Part shown: positions 18,955-29,074 of the stretch, one piece after another | How positions within the stretch are numbered: the first letter of the stretch is position 1 | How the letters are laid out: each line of letters opens with the position of its first letter | NCBI GenBank assembly: GCA_049970055.1 | Contig: JBMFNR010000001.1 | Coordinates: forward strand, 320,001-384,000 | DNA length: 64,000 nucleotides | Direction of reading: 5' to 3' | From: Fervidobacterium sp. | GTDB lineage: Bacteria > Thermotogota > Thermotogae > Thermotogales > Fervidobacteriaceae | Notes under the pieces: generated by a model | What the model was told of the DNA's origin: nothing | The model's database searches: none | The model's input: only the letters and a program-made list of their open reading frames with translations | Made by a program: the position numbers and the translations under genes

Positions 18955-20802
18955 TTATAAGTTATTTAAGTATTGATCGATACCTCTTGCAGCCCAATAA
19001 CCATCCGCTACGGCATGTATGATGTCAGGACCGTTGACGATATCTCCACCAGCAAAGAGCCATGGTATCTGTGTTTGCCTTAAATTGTTGGTAAGGATTC
19101 TCGGACCAACAAATTGGAGCTTTGATTTCCATTCCTCTGGAAGGTAAGAATAATCCGGTGCTTGGCCTATCGCTTCGATGATCATATCACCATCGTAATA
19201 ACAGATCTGTGCTTCGTCAAATTTGGGGTTGAACCTTTTGTTCTCATCAAATACTTCCGTACATTTGACGCATTTTAATCCCTTTATCTTATCTTCATTT
19301 GGATAAAAGACAACTTCTCTTGGACCCCAACCCGGGTAGATTTTAACACCTTCTTCTTGAGCCTCTTCTATTTCTTCCATATCGGCTGGCATCTCGTCGA
19401 ATGTTCTTTCAAGACATGTTACTGTCACATTGACCTCACCGTATTTCAATTTTTGTAACCTTGCCATACTTCTGGCGATATCCATAGCAACGTTTCCACC
19501 GCCAACGACAACTACCCTTCTGGCTATCTTTGGTTCTGGACCTTCTCCTCTAAGGTAATCTCTAATTTCTCTTAGAAGTGGTAAGGCTTGAACGACATCT
19601 TGGTGGTCTGAACCAGGTATTCTTGTCGATCGCCCAAGCGTGAGACCTGTTGAAACGAATATTGCATCGTACTTAGATCTGAGTTCTTCAAACGAGATAT
19701 CTTTTCCAACGGTCACACCTGTGTATATTCGAACGCCCAAAGATTCGATGAATGCTATGTCTTTATCGAGTGCTTCGTCAGGTAGTCTGTACCTTGGAAT
19801 TCCATACCTCATAACCCCGCCCGGTCTGTTGAGAGATTCGTAGATATCCACTTCGTAACCCATCGATGCAAGAAAGTAAGCTGCCGAAAGTCCAGCAGGT
19901 CCACTTCCGACAATGCATACTTTTTTGTTTTTCTTCAGGGAGTCAAATTTTATAATTTCACTCCATTTTTCAGCTGGAACGTTGTCAACAATGTAGCGTT
20001 TTAACCATCTTATAGCTATTGCTTCTCCACGGTGTGAAATTGCACAGACTTCCTCACATCTGTGCGTACATACTCTACCACATACACCAGATAGTGGGTT
20101 AGCACCAAGGTTATTTTCACTTTCCACACCTTTCAAAAGCCATTTGAGTGCGTCTTGCAGATCGTCTTTCCATATCGCCTTTATGTATTGTGGTATTTGC
20201 ATATGTTCTGGACATCTATCCACACAAATGGCACATTCAACACACCTTGCCGCTTCTTTCATGGCTTCTTCTTTGCTATAAGCTTTTACAAACTCTACAA
20301 AAGAGTCAACGCGCTCTTTTGCTGGAATGTGCTCCGGGATAACGCGATCAAGATCAAGTAGGTCGTTTGTTTCTTCCCTTGTCCATCCTATTTTTATCTC
20401 GGCGGGATCTTTTTTAAGAATCCCTTTTTCCGTAGGTGCGTAGTAAAAGTCTTCCGGTTCTGGTGAGACAAATATGTACTCTCTCGTCATTTGCAGAGAG
20501 CCCGTTGTACAGATGTCAACACACATTGCGCAAAAACTACACCTTCCGTAATCTATCGCAGGTCTTTGTGGCTTCATTCCGTATTCTTGTTTCATGTCTG
20601 GTACTTCGACCATTGTTATTGCGTCCGTTGGACATATTTTCGCACAGGTACCACAGCCGATACATTTATCCCAATCGTTTATATGAAAACCTCTGTATCT
20701 TTGAGCAGCTTCTCTTTTCTCTTTTGGTACTTTTATTGTAACTGGCTTTTCAAACAAGTTCTTCCAACCTACCAACGGTGCGAAAAAGCTTTTATCAACC
20801 AT
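18955..20802 (-). CDS. MbxN/NuoI-like 2x[4Fe-4S] domain fused to a GltD/SudA-like FAD- and NAD(P)H-dependent oxidoreductase
   Basis: RYRGFH..CIGCGTCAKICP and CSFCAMCVDICT, then RCVECAICVDRCP, CGRVCTHRCEEVC, GSGPAG, GGGNVAMD, FAGGDIV. Confidence 0.9.
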   Translation of the reverse strand: MVDKSFFAPLVGWKNLFEKPVTIKVPKEKREAAQRYRGFHINDWDKCIGCGTCAKICPTDAITMVEVPDMKQEYGMKPQRPAIDYGRCSFCAMCVDICTTGSLQMTREYIFVSPEPEDFYYAPTEKGILKKDPAEIKIGWTREETNDLLDLDRVIPEHIPAKERVDSFVEFVKAYSKEEAMKEAARCVECAICVDRCPEHMQIPQYIKAIWKDDLQDALKWLLKGVESENNLGANPLSGVCGRVCTHRCEEVCAISHRGEAIAIRWLKRYIVDNVPAEKWSEIIKFDSLKKNKKVCIVGSGPAGLSAAYFLASMGYEVDIYESLNRPGGVMRYGIPRYRLPDEALDKDIAFIESLGVRIYTGVTVGKDISFEELRSKYDAIFVSTGLTLGRSTRIPGSDHQDVVQALPLLREIRDYLRGEGPEPKIARRVVVVGGGNVAMDIARSMARLQKLKYGEVNVTVTCLERTFDEMPADMEEIEEAQEEGVKIYPGWGPREVVFYPNEDKIKGLKCVKCTEVFDENKRFNPKFDEAQICYYDGDMIIEAIGQAPDYSYLPEEWKSKLQFVGPRILTNNLRQTQIPWLFAGGDIVNGPDIIHAVADGYWAARGIDQYLNNL

Positions 20803-20817
20803 TTGAACACCTCCCGA

Positions 20818-21921
20818 TTACCTATCAATTTCCGGTGCGCAGACACCCATCGTGTCAAGCCATATAGGAACGTCATCGATTCTTGTGCCTGGTAATAAAT
20901 GCTCAACTCCGTATAGTCCCTGAGGGTATGAAGCGCCTCTCACGGCTACTCTGTATGGTGTCTCGCCACCATCTGATACAACGAGGTAACCGTATTCTCC
21001 ACGGGTTGATTCAACGCGGGCATATGCCATACCTTTTGGCACTCTAATCCTCAGTCCATTTCCATCCGATATTCTAACGTTAACAGGGCCTAATGGCATT
21101 TTTTCAAGTATTTGACGTATGATTCTTATGCTTTGTCTTATTTCCTTCGGCTTCAAACTGATTCTTGCGTACGCATCGCCCTCTGTTGCCGTTGGTACAT
21201 CGAATTCAACTTTATCATAGAATAGATATGGATCGACTTTTCGTATATCGTATGCTACACCAGTTGCCCGCAGACCGATTCCCGTTACCCCAAGCTTTAA
21301 ACAAGTCTCAGTATCGATTTTTGCGATACCTTTCAACCTTGTGTGGAGTATTCTGTTTTTCAAAATGAACGTCTCGTATTCTGGTAATTTTTCTTCGAAG
21401 TAATCCATCAACTTGCTTATCTTTTCTTCCAAGCCGGGGGTTAAATCTTTCCTAACACCGCCTGGTATTATGTACATATGGTAGATTCTTGCTCCCGTGA
21501 GTTCTTCAAAAATATCCAAAACTTTGTCCCTATCGCTAACAGACCAGAACATACTTGTGTACATGCCAAGAGCCCCACCAATACCGCCGAAACTCCACAT
21601 ATGATTAGCTATCCTTGCAAGTTCAAGAACGAGCATTCTGATCCACTGTGCCCTTTCTGGTACATCAACTTTTGCAATTTTTTCTATAGCCATAGCGTAA
21701 CACGCTTCATTTATATCTGGCTCTGGAACACATATTCTTGGAATAAGAGCCAAATTTTGGTACCAAAGCCTTCTTTCCATTAATTTTTCAAATCCCCTGT
21801 GTAAAAACCCAGGGAGTGGTCTTGCACGCACGACGATATCGCCTTCAACGTACATATGCACGCTGAAATTTCCATGCATTCCAGGGTGATTTGGCCCGAA
21901 GAACAATTTTATTTCACCCAT
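20818..21921 (-). CDS. mbxL: Mbx/MBS catalytic subunit L (NuoD-like)
   Basis: GPNHPGMHG, GFLHRGFEK, PRICVPE, ESTRGE, GVCAPEIDR; single Cys at each end rather than NiFe CxxC pairs. Confidence 0.88.
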   Translation of the reverse strand: MGEIKLFFGPNHPGMHGNFSVHMYVEGDIVVRARPLPGFLHRGFEKLMERRLWYQNLALIPRICVPEPDINEACYAMAIEKIAKVDVPERAQWIRMLVLELARIANHMWSFGGIGGALGMYTSMFWSVSDRDKVLDIFEELTGARIYHMYIIPGGVRKDLTPGLEEKISKLMDYFEEKLPEYETFILKNRILHTRLKGIAKIDTETCLKLGVTGIGLRATGVAYDIRKVDPYLFYDKVEFDVPTATEGDAYARISLKPKEIRQSIRIIRQILEKMPLGPVNVRISDGNGLRIRVPKGMAYARVESTRGEYGYLVVSDGGETPYRVAVRGASYPQGLYGVEHLLPGTRIDDVPIWLDTMGVCAPEIDR

Positions 21922-22465
21922 TTATATCACCTCTTGTTTTATCCTCAATATTCGATCTGATGATCTTTGCTTCGTGAATAACATCCTTTTCGTATTCTCT
22001 ATCTGGATAGTGCTCTTTCGAGTATTTCAACGGGTCGAAATCTTTTCTGAGTGGTGGCAAATCATTCCAAAGTTCAAGAATCATAGGTTTCTTACAATTT
22101 TCATTGCCTTCGAATTCTACACCAAAGAATTCGTGTACATCTCTCTCGTAATATTCTGCGGTAGGCCACATGTCCTTTACCGTCGTGAAAGTTGGTTTGT
22201 CTCGGTCGATGAATGTAGATACAAGGAATGTTACACCGTTTGACCAATTCATGAGTATGTAGACAAGTTCGAATTTCTTTTGCTCTATCCAGTCGACGCA
22301 TGTTAATAACGATAAGTGAAAGTATCCTGCTTCTTTTAAATACGTCAACAAGGCGATAGTTTTATCGGGAAGAGAGATAATTTTGTACTGTCTTTGATCA
22401 ACCTGGGATATGTTAGCACCGTAGGTGTCTTTTATTTTTTCTAGAAGTTCAACCACATTACTCAT
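21914..22465 (-). CDS. mbxK: Mbx subunit K (NuoC-like)
   Basis: TCVDW, WPTAEYYERDVHEFFGVEF, PPLRKDF. Start set at ATG 22465. Confidence 0.85.
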   Translation of the reverse strand: MSNVVELLEKIKDTYGANISQVDQRQYKIISLPDKTIALLTYLKEAGYFHLSLLTCVDWIEQKKFELVYILMNWSNGVTFLVSTFIDRDKPTFTTVKDMWPTAEYYERDVHEFFGVEFEGNENCKKPMILELWNDLPPLRKDFDPLKYSKEHYPDREYEKDVIHEAKIIRSNIEDKTRGDING

Positions 22466-22469
22466 TGAA

Positions 22470-23015
22470 TTACTCGTGGAATTCATCATGCACAATCACC
22501 TCACCAAGGCTTCTTAACTGGTTCTGTTTGTACCACTCATAATTTTCTTTATACCTTTTCCAACCATTTGCCTCGCCTTTTCTTATCATTTCCATAAGCT
22601 GGTTAAATGCGGTTAGTATTGCTTCTGGTCTTGGCATACATCCTGCAATGTACAGATCCACAGGTATGTAATAATCAAGCCTATTTATCGTTGAGTAAGA
22701 ATCATAGTAGATTCCTCCGTTTATTGTACAAGAACCAAAGCCAATGACATACTTTGGATCTGCCATTTTTTCATATGTGTAGATAACTCTTCTTAACGTT
22801 TTAGCACTTAGATAACCCGTTATGAGAAAAATATCCGCTTGTCGTGGTGTTGCCATCGGCCCCATTCCAAGCCTTTCCATATCGAACCTAGAAGTCATTG
22901 ATGGCGGTAGCTCGACCGCACCACAACCTGTACAATAGTGCAACATCCACATAGAACGACTACGCAATTGATCCGCTATTTTCTCCCACACGCTTCTTTC
23001 ATCTATCTTCGACAT
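22470..23015 (-). CDS. mbxJ: Mbx subunit J (NuoB-like Fe-S)
   Basis: CTGCGAVE, TPRQAD, GSCTINGG, IPVDLYIAGCMPRPEA. Confidence 0.88.
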   Translation of the reverse strand: MSKIDERSVWEKIADQLRSRSMWMLHYCTGCGAVELPPSMTSRFDMERLGMGPMATPRQADIFLITGYLSAKTLRRVIYTYEKMADPKYVIGFGSCTINGGIYYDSYSTINRLDYYIPVDLYIAGCMPRPEAILTAFNQLMEMIRKGEANGWKRYKENYEWYKQNQLRSLGEVIVHDEFHE

Positions 23016-23042
23016 TATTACACCTCCTAGAAATTTATTGCA

Positions 23043-23918
23043 TCATTTGGAATTAACAACTATGAATGCTTGTAAGAACGCAAGTATTATAGGAACTGTC
23101 CAATAAAATGTCACAGCTTGTTCAATTCTGAATCTTGGCAGAACCGCTGAGATCATAACTGCCAAAATCCATACGATTAAGTACTTTAATAGAAACACAA
23201 AGTACGTTCCACCACCGAGGAAGAAGTCTACAAAAAGGCTTATCTCAACAAACTCCATAAAGGAATTCATAAGCATAAGAAGACCCATGTATTTTGCGGA
23301 TAGTTCAACCATTGGACCTGACGCGATCTCAGATGGTGCGATGGGGGATTCAAATGGTTCTTTACCAAGCATACCTTGTAACGATATGAAAGCAACAAGC
23401 GCTCCCACTGGAAATTTAATGATGTTCCAGCCATTGGCCTGAGCTTGAATGATGGATGTGATATTCGATGTTCTGTAATAGTACAAGAGAGAAGTAATTG
23501 TGATCAAATAAGGTACCTCATAGCCAAGCATTAGGGTTAACGCCCTTGCCACACCTATAGATGCCCATGGGTTACCAGTACCAACCATACCCATTGCCAT
23601 ACCAAGTGCGCCTACCGCGAATAAGTAAACTATAACAAAGAAATTATCAAGGCCTGGAAACGCAACGAGATTTCCAAGAGGTACAAATGAAAGTGTTGCA
23701 ATAACACCACCAAGTGCCATTAAAACACCGAAATCAAATATCCACCCATGTGTCCAACCGTGTTTTGTTAGTGTCTTGAAAAGATCAATAAAGTTCTGAT
23801 ACCATGGAGGACCGTATCGTTTTTGGATTCTTGCGGTAACCTTCCTTCCAATACCTTCGAAAGTTATTCCAAAGAAAAAAGCAGTCAATAATACTCCTGC
23901 AACTCTTATCGCCGTCAT
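23043..23918 (-). CDS. mbxM: Mbx subunit M (NuoH-like membrane anchor)
   Basis: RKVTARIQKRYGPP, KEPFE...SEIASGPMVE, PRFRIEQ. Start set at ATG 23918. Confidence 0.85.
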   Translation of the reverse strand: MTAIRVAGVLLTAFFFGITFEGIGRKVTARIQKRYGPPWYQNFIDLFKTLTKHGWTHGWIFDFGVLMALGGVIATLSFVPLGNLVAFPGLDNFFVIVYLFAVGALGMAMGMVGTGNPWASIGVARALTLMLGYEVPYLITITSLLYYYRTSNITSIIQAQANGWNIIKFPVGALVAFISLQGMLGKEPFESPIAPSEIASGPMVELSAKYMGLLMLMNSFMEFVEISLFVDFFLGGGTYFVFLLKYLIVWILAVMISAVLPRFRIEQAVTFYWTVPIILAFLQAFIVVNSK

Positions 23919-23920
23919 GG

Positions 23921-25735
23921 TTACCACCTCACCCACAATAATAGTGCCAAAACAACTGCTGTCCAGAACAGATAAGCGGACGCAGTCCTACGCGCAAAGT
24001 AATCTATACCTTTTCCTATCGCTTTCAATACGTTAACGAATGATAGATACAAATCTTCAAGCGAAGGATGTCCTTCGTACTCGCGTTCCAAGAAAATATA
24101 AAACTTGGATGCATAGTGATAAAGGTCAAAATTATGCAAAAACTCACCAGATGTGTACTGATCTTCAAGAGGTATTTTCTTACCTTTCGGCATCAATGTG
24201 TAAATAACCGTTGCAATTATGAAACCAACTGCGAACATCACAAACACAGTCCATGTGTCCCAATATCCCATACTTGTGTAAAGTTTTGTCCCTTCAAAGT
24301 GGAATGGTTCCATTCCGAACTCTTTTTGAACGTCTGTGATCCAAACTAATACCTGCTGTGGGAATACACCCCAAAGAACAGTTAAGAACACAAGAACGAT
24401 CATCGGGATGGTCATAAATGCAGGTGCTTCTTTAACGTCTTTGTGTGCACGTTTCAACTGCCCAAGGAAAACGCCAGCAAGGGGTCTGAAAACATACAAG
24501 AACGAACCAATACTTCCAACAAAGACAAACATTTCGGTAACGAACATCCCTTTGGATACAAGAGTTTGGAAAATCATCCACTTTGAGATGAATCCACTTG
24601 TTGGCGGTATGCCAGCCAATGAAATTATTCCAACAAGGTAAGTGACAAAAGTTAACGGCATTTTGTGGATAAGTCCACCAAGTTCATCTATCTTAGTTGT
24701 TCCTGTTCTGTAAACAACTGCTGCAAATGAAAGGAATATCATAGTCGCTGCAAGCGCATGGTTTATAACATGGAACAAACCACCCGCGTAACCAACTTTA
24801 TCAAGTGTTGCAAGCCCTATTAGTATGTACCCACTATTCGCAACTGTTGAGTAAGCGATCAACATCTTCATATCGTTTTGCTTTATCGCCATAAGCGTCC
24901 CAATAAGTATAGAGATGTTACCGAGCCAGATGAGCACGTAAGACAATAGGTTAACACCATGGTAAAACTCGCTAAACAAAACAGAAATTGGGAAAACTGT
25001 AAGAACAAGTGCGATTATATAAGCCCCCATCTTCACAAGCTGACCAGATAGTACGGCACTAAATGTATCAGGTGCATTTCCGTGTACATTCCTAAGCCAC
25101 GTGTGAAGCGGAAATACACCGCTTTTCGCAATACCTGCACCAAGTAAAAGAATGATTACCGCCCATCTAAAACTAATAGACTCATTTGGTAAGTTCTTAG
25201 CAATTTCAAATATGTTGAATGTGCCAAACCTTGTGTAAAGCATAAAGGCCCCGTACAAGAACATGTAACTACCAATGGAACTGATAACTATGTACCAGAT
25301 CGTAGCTTTCCTTGATTCTTCTTTGCCCATGGGTACAATAAAGAGTGAACCGAGTACAGCTATTTCCCAGAAGATGTACATAACTATAAGATGTGACGAA
25401 AAAAACACACCGAGCGTACCAAGCATGGTAAGAATCGAAAAAGCATTAAAAGCATGAGGATTTTGGGCTTTAGAAATCCAAGAAATATTGAAAAATGCAA
25501 AAGATGCGTAAACTATCAGCGAAAGAATCGCAAAATATTTTGACATCGCTGTAAATTGTAGAACATTTTCAAAGCCAAAGAGTGGTTCAGATGTACCCGT
25601 TGGCATGTTCCATAGCGAAAGTAACGCGTAAATGGAAAGTGTGAACAATACAACAGGACCGAGGCTCTTATTCAATTTAGATAAAAGGTAACTGACGAGT
25701 GTACCAAAGGAAAGGTAAATTATAAGTGTTTGCAT
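23921..25735 (-). CDS. Mrp/MnhD-type antiporter-like subunit (MbxH')
   Basis: FWE, KSGVFPLHTWL, SAVLSG..VKMG, KMLIAYST, LAGIPPTSGFISKW. Confidence 0.85.
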   Translation of the reverse strand: MQTLIIYLSFGTLVSYLLSKLNKSLGPVVLFTLSIYALLSLWNMPTGTSEPLFGFENVLQFTAMSKYFAILSLIVYASFAFFNISWISKAQNPHAFNAFSILTMLGTLGVFFSSHLIVMYIFWEIAVLGSLFIVPMGKEESRKATIWYIVISSIGSYMFLYGAFMLYTRFGTFNIFEIAKNLPNESISFRWAVIILLLGAGIAKSGVFPLHTWLRNVHGNAPDTFSAVLSGQLVKMGAYIIALVLTVFPISVLFSEFYHGVNLLSYVLIWLGNISILIGTLMAIKQNDMKMLIAYSTVANSGYILIGLATLDKVGYAGGLFHVINHALAATMIFLSFAAVVYRTGTTKIDELGGLIHKMPLTFVTYLVGIISLAGIPPTSGFISKWMIFQTLVSKGMFVTEMFVFVGSIGSFLYVFRPLAGVFLGQLKRAHKDVKEAPAFMTIPMIVLVFLTVLWGVFPQQVLVWITDVQKEFGMEPFHFEGTKLYTSMGYWDTWTVFVMFAVGFIIATVIYTLMPKGKKIPLEDQYTSGEFLHNFDLYHYASKFYIFLEREYEGHPSLEDLYLSFVNVLKAIGKGIDYFARRTASAYLFWTAVVLALLLWVRW

Positions 25736-25736
25736 A

Positions 25737-27104
25737 TCACATACCTCCCAATATGAGGTCCATGTATGTTTTTGTATCGATAATGTGAGACGCTATGATA
25801 TTCGTCTGGTCTTGAACAATATGTGGTAAGAAACCTACAATTATAAGTACCATCGCAAGTAATAATACAACAAGCTTACCTGCAAGGGGTATGTCACTTT
25901 CTTGCCCTTGCGCCTCATCGCTTGACTTCTTGTACCACAGATCAACATTCCATTTAATGAGATATCCTGCTTCGATAATTGTTGCTATCAATAAAACCGC
26001 GGGTAATGAATAATTTCCGATTTCAAATAATGCTCTCAAAAGGTTAAGTTTTGCCCAAAATCCGGCAAACATTGGGAAACCTATCAACGATAGTGATGCT
26101 ATAGTGAACGCAACTCCCACTGTTTTGTTTTCCTTAAAGCCCTTGTGACCTGTATACGCGTAGATGGAGAAGAGGATCAACTTAGCGATTGCATCGTTGA
26201 ATAGATATAAATATGCTGCAGATATCACATTTTCATCCAACATCGATAAAGCTGCAACGACAACACTTACACCAGCTATCGCGGTATATGAGAGTGCCCT
26301 TCCAAGATTTTTCTGTTTTAGAGCGCCAAGTTGTGCAAATATTATGGAAATCATGGCGAGTATGCTAACTAAATTTGAATGACTGAAACCAAGTACGTTA
26401 ATGAATATTCTTGAGAACAAATAAGCAATAGATACCGTAACGGCACTGCCAAGTACAACGGGAGTGATGGAACTGCCGTTAGAGTAAACGTCAGGAGCCC
26501 AAAATCCGAGCGGTAGAACTTTCAATTCTATTAGCAATGCGATCAGGAAAAATACGCTAACTGTGGGAACTACCACTGGATCCATGATGAAACCAACATA
26601 TGCCATATTGAGTGTACCAGCTTTTACGTAACTTAGTACAGCGCCCAAAAGATACAATGTTCCACCGACACTGCCGAATATCAGGTACTTGAAAGCTCCG
26701 TATGAATTATTTTTGTGACTTGCAATTATGTAAGAAACGGCTGCGATAATTTCAAGAAAAACAAATGAATTAAAAAGATCGCCAGTAAGTATCAAGCCGT
26801 TCAACGCTGCTGTCAGTACAAGCAGAAGCGTGCCGTACTTTTCTTCAAGATCTGAGAGTAGGGAAACCGCAAGTAAAATTAAATTGACAAAGAGTAAAAA
26901 CCAATAACTTACATTATCTAACACCAATACTATACCGTACGCAGCAGGCCAACCACCGATTTCAATCACTTGCGTTGGTTTTACATACATCAAAAGTAGA
27001 ATGTTGAAAAGTGTTACAAAGGGTAGAAAGTAATTACCAAGTTTCTTATGTGGGATTGATGCAAAAGCGAAAACTAGTGGGATTGCAATCGTAAGAGCTA
27101 TCAT
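25737..27104 (-). CDS. Mrp/MnhD-type antiporter-like subunit (MbxH)
   Basis: TGDLFNSFVFLEI, AFKYL, GTLNMA, WAPDVY, SLIGFPMFAGFWAK. Confidence 0.85.
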   Translation of the reverse strand: MIALTIAIPLVFAFASIPHKKLGNYFLPFVTLFNILLLMYVKPTQVIEIGGWPAAYGIVLVLDNVSYWFLLFVNLILLAVSLLSDLEEKYGTLLLVLTAALNGLILTGDLFNSFVFLEIIAAVSYIIASHKNNSYGAFKYLIFGSVGGTLYLLGAVLSYVKAGTLNMAYVGFIMDPVVVPTVSVFFLIALLIELKVLPLGFWAPDVYSNGSSITPVVLGSAVTVSIAYLFSRIFINVLGFSHSNLVSILAMISIIFAQLGALKQKNLGRALSYTAIAGVSVVVAALSMLDENVISAAYLYLFNDAIAKLILFSIYAYTGHKGFKENKTVGVAFTIASLSLIGFPMFAGFWAKLNLLRALFEIGNYSLPAVLLIATIIEAGYLIKWNVDLWYKKSSDEAQGQESDIPLAGKLVVLLLAMVLIIVGFLPHIVQDQTNIIASHIIDTKTYMDLILGGM

Positions 27105-27445
27105 TCTATCACTTCCCTTGCAGCGCGAATTTCGTCTGCATCAACGGAGTTGTACTCTTCATGTAAATGTATCAAAAGCATAGCACCAAGGGCTAGTGTA
27201 CCCACACCGATGACGATGGCTGTGAGAACAAGTGCTTGTGGAAGTGGATCAACAAATTTTGCAACAGGTGTAATAGCAGAATAAATTGGTGCTTCCATAC
27301 CCTCTAAGTATCCAAGAGATATAATGAATATATTAGCGGCTGTATCTATCAATGAAAGAGAAATGAGTTGTTTAAACATATTTTTTTGCGAAATTATACC
27401 GTAGATTCCAATACCCATAATTATAAAAGTAACATAATATATCAC
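27101..27445 (-). CDS. MnhC-like subunit (MbxG)
   Basis: DPLPQALVLTAIVIG. Confidence 0.9.
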   Translation of the reverse strand: MIYYVTFIIMGIGIYGIISQKNMFKQLISLSLIDTAANIFIISLGYLEGMEAPIYSAITPVAKFVDPLPQALVLTAIVIGVGTLALGAMLLIHLHEEYNSVDADEIRAAREVIE

Positions 27446-27448
27446 ATC

Positions 27449-28174
27449 TCATCCCTCCTTCATTTCGGAAATAATCGCTGAAAGTTCTGCACCAACTTTG
27501 AAACCTATCAGCACATATACGATGGGAACTACACCTGCACTGAACAGATCTCCAACGGTACCTGTGGGTAAAAAGTTTTTCAAAAACACACCAGCAATAG
27601 CCATTCCTAACAAGCCAACGATAACGTAACCTGCTCCAGCCGATTGCTCAATATGCTTAGCTACATCTGTAACTTTGAATTCATTATTAGCTAACATAAG
27701 CAAAAGGACTCCCAAAGTTATAACTGTTCCTCCGGGGAACCCACCACCAGGAGATAAATGGCCGTGTATGAATATGTACGCTCCGAAGATCAATACAAAC
27801 GGAAGGAGCAATCCAGAAGCGATCTTTAAAACGAAGTGATCTTGAACTTCCAACCTTCTTTTTCTTCTTGATGACGAGCTAAGAATACCAACACCAAGGG
27901 CTGCTGTAAAAAGAACAGTGACTTCGCCGAGGGTATCGAAAGATCTGTAGTTGACGACTATAGAGGTAACCACGTTTGCACTCCCATCCTCAAGGTTAGA
28001 AGATTTTTTAAACTCAACTGATTTATAAGCGGTTGATGTACTCTTCGATATGTAATCAAATGAAACCCTTGTGAACATATCAAAATTTCCAAAATCTGGG
28101 ATTATCGGTAAGATCTTACCTATGAGAAAGTAAAGAAAAATCACTGCAATCAATATGGCCCATACGCGTCTCAT
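27449..28174 (-). CDS. MnhB-like subunit (MbxE+F)
   Basis: NVVTSIVVNYRSFDTLGEV and HGHLSPGGGFPGG. Confidence 0.88.
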   Translation of the reverse strand: MRRVWAILIAVIFLYFLIGKILPIIPDFGNFDMFTRVSFDYISKSTSTAYKSVEFKKSSNLEDGSANVVTSIVVNYRSFDTLGEVTVLFTAALGVGILSSSSRRKRRLEVQDHFVLKIASGLLLPFVLIFGAYIFIHGHLSPGGGFPGGTVITLGVLLLMLANNEFKVTDVAKHIEQSAGAGYVIVGLLGMAIAGVFLKNFLPTGTVGDLFSAGVVPIVYVLIGFKVGAELSAIISEMKEG

Positions 28175-28458
28175 CTTTTTTCACCTGCCTCTATCTTCCA
28201 TAGTGCGAATATCATAACCACACTGGCAAGTCCTGAACCAACTGCCGCTTCAGTGATAGCCACGTCAGGTGACTTAAGTACAATGAATATAAATACAGAT
28301 AACAAACTAACCGCGGATAGAGCTATAAGTGAATCTATAATTTTCTTTGTTTCTACTGCGAATATCGAGAAAATTACCATCATCACTCCAACCAAGAAAG
28401 CTGTTGCATTAGTTGTACTAGTAAAAATATTAGAGAAGAATTCTGCAATAATCGTCAT
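28171..28458 (-). CDS. MbxD / DUF4040-type small membrane subunit
   Basis: SPDVAITEAAVGSG. Confidence 0.85.
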   Translation of the reverse strand: MTIIAEFFSNIFTSTTNATAFLVGVMMVIFSIFAVETKKIIDSLIALSAVSLLSVFIFIVLKSPDVAITEAAVGSGLASVVMIFALWKIEAGEKR

Positions 28459-28790
28459 TTTACATCACCACCACTAATTTCATCAACAAAGGTTTCTTCA
28501 CATTTCTTCGCATTGTTCTTATAAGCTGCTCGCGTCGTTAGTGAAGCAGCAACAGGGTTTGTCAGTGCGATAAAGATGATTATCAAAAGTGCTTTTCCAA
28601 AAAAGGAAAAGTCCAAGATCCCGACACCAAGTGCGATAGAAAATGTTCCAAGCGTGGTAGCCTTAGTTGAAGCTTGCAATTTTGTATAGATATCTGGCAT
28701 TTTTAAAAGGCCAAGCCCTGCTAAGAAGTAAAAAAGTGAACCTAAGCCAATTAGTGAATATCCAAACATTTCTCTTATCATTTCAATCAT
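28455..28790 (-). CDS. MnhG-like subunit (MbxC)
   Basis: GLLKMPDIYTKLQASTKATTLG, TNPVAA. Confidence 0.88.
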   Translation of the reverse strand: MIEMIREMFGYSLIGLGSLFYFLAGLGLLKMPDIYTKLQASTKATTLGTFSIALGVGILDFSFFGKALLIIIFIALTNPVAASLTTRAAYKNNAKKCEETFVDEISGGDVK

Positions 28791-29074
28791 TTACTATCAC
28801 CACTCTTTTGGGTTTTGCTTTCAAGAAACCTTGCAAAAACGACGGTTTCTATGAAACCAAGCAGACCATACAGAATGGCTATATCCATGTACATGTTGTT
28901 CTTAAAGATGTACGAGAGAAGGACAATTACACCTAACAACATTACATTCATCATATCAACAGCGGCGAGTCTTTCAAATGTCGTAGGACCAAGTAAAAAC
29001 CTTAGAAGTGAGAGGAATACACCCAGTCCCGTAAGTCCAAAAACAATTACATCGATGATAAAAGATCCACTCAT
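28787..29074 (-). CDS. MnhF-like subunit (MbxB)
   Basis: RFLLGPTTFERLAAVD, DIAILYGLLGFIETVVFARFL. Confidence 0.88.
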   Translation of the reverse strand: MSGSFIIDVIVFGLTGLGVFLSLLRFLLGPTTFERLAAVDMMNVMLLGVIVLLSYIFKNNMYMDIAILYGLLGFIETVVFARFLESKTQKSGDSK

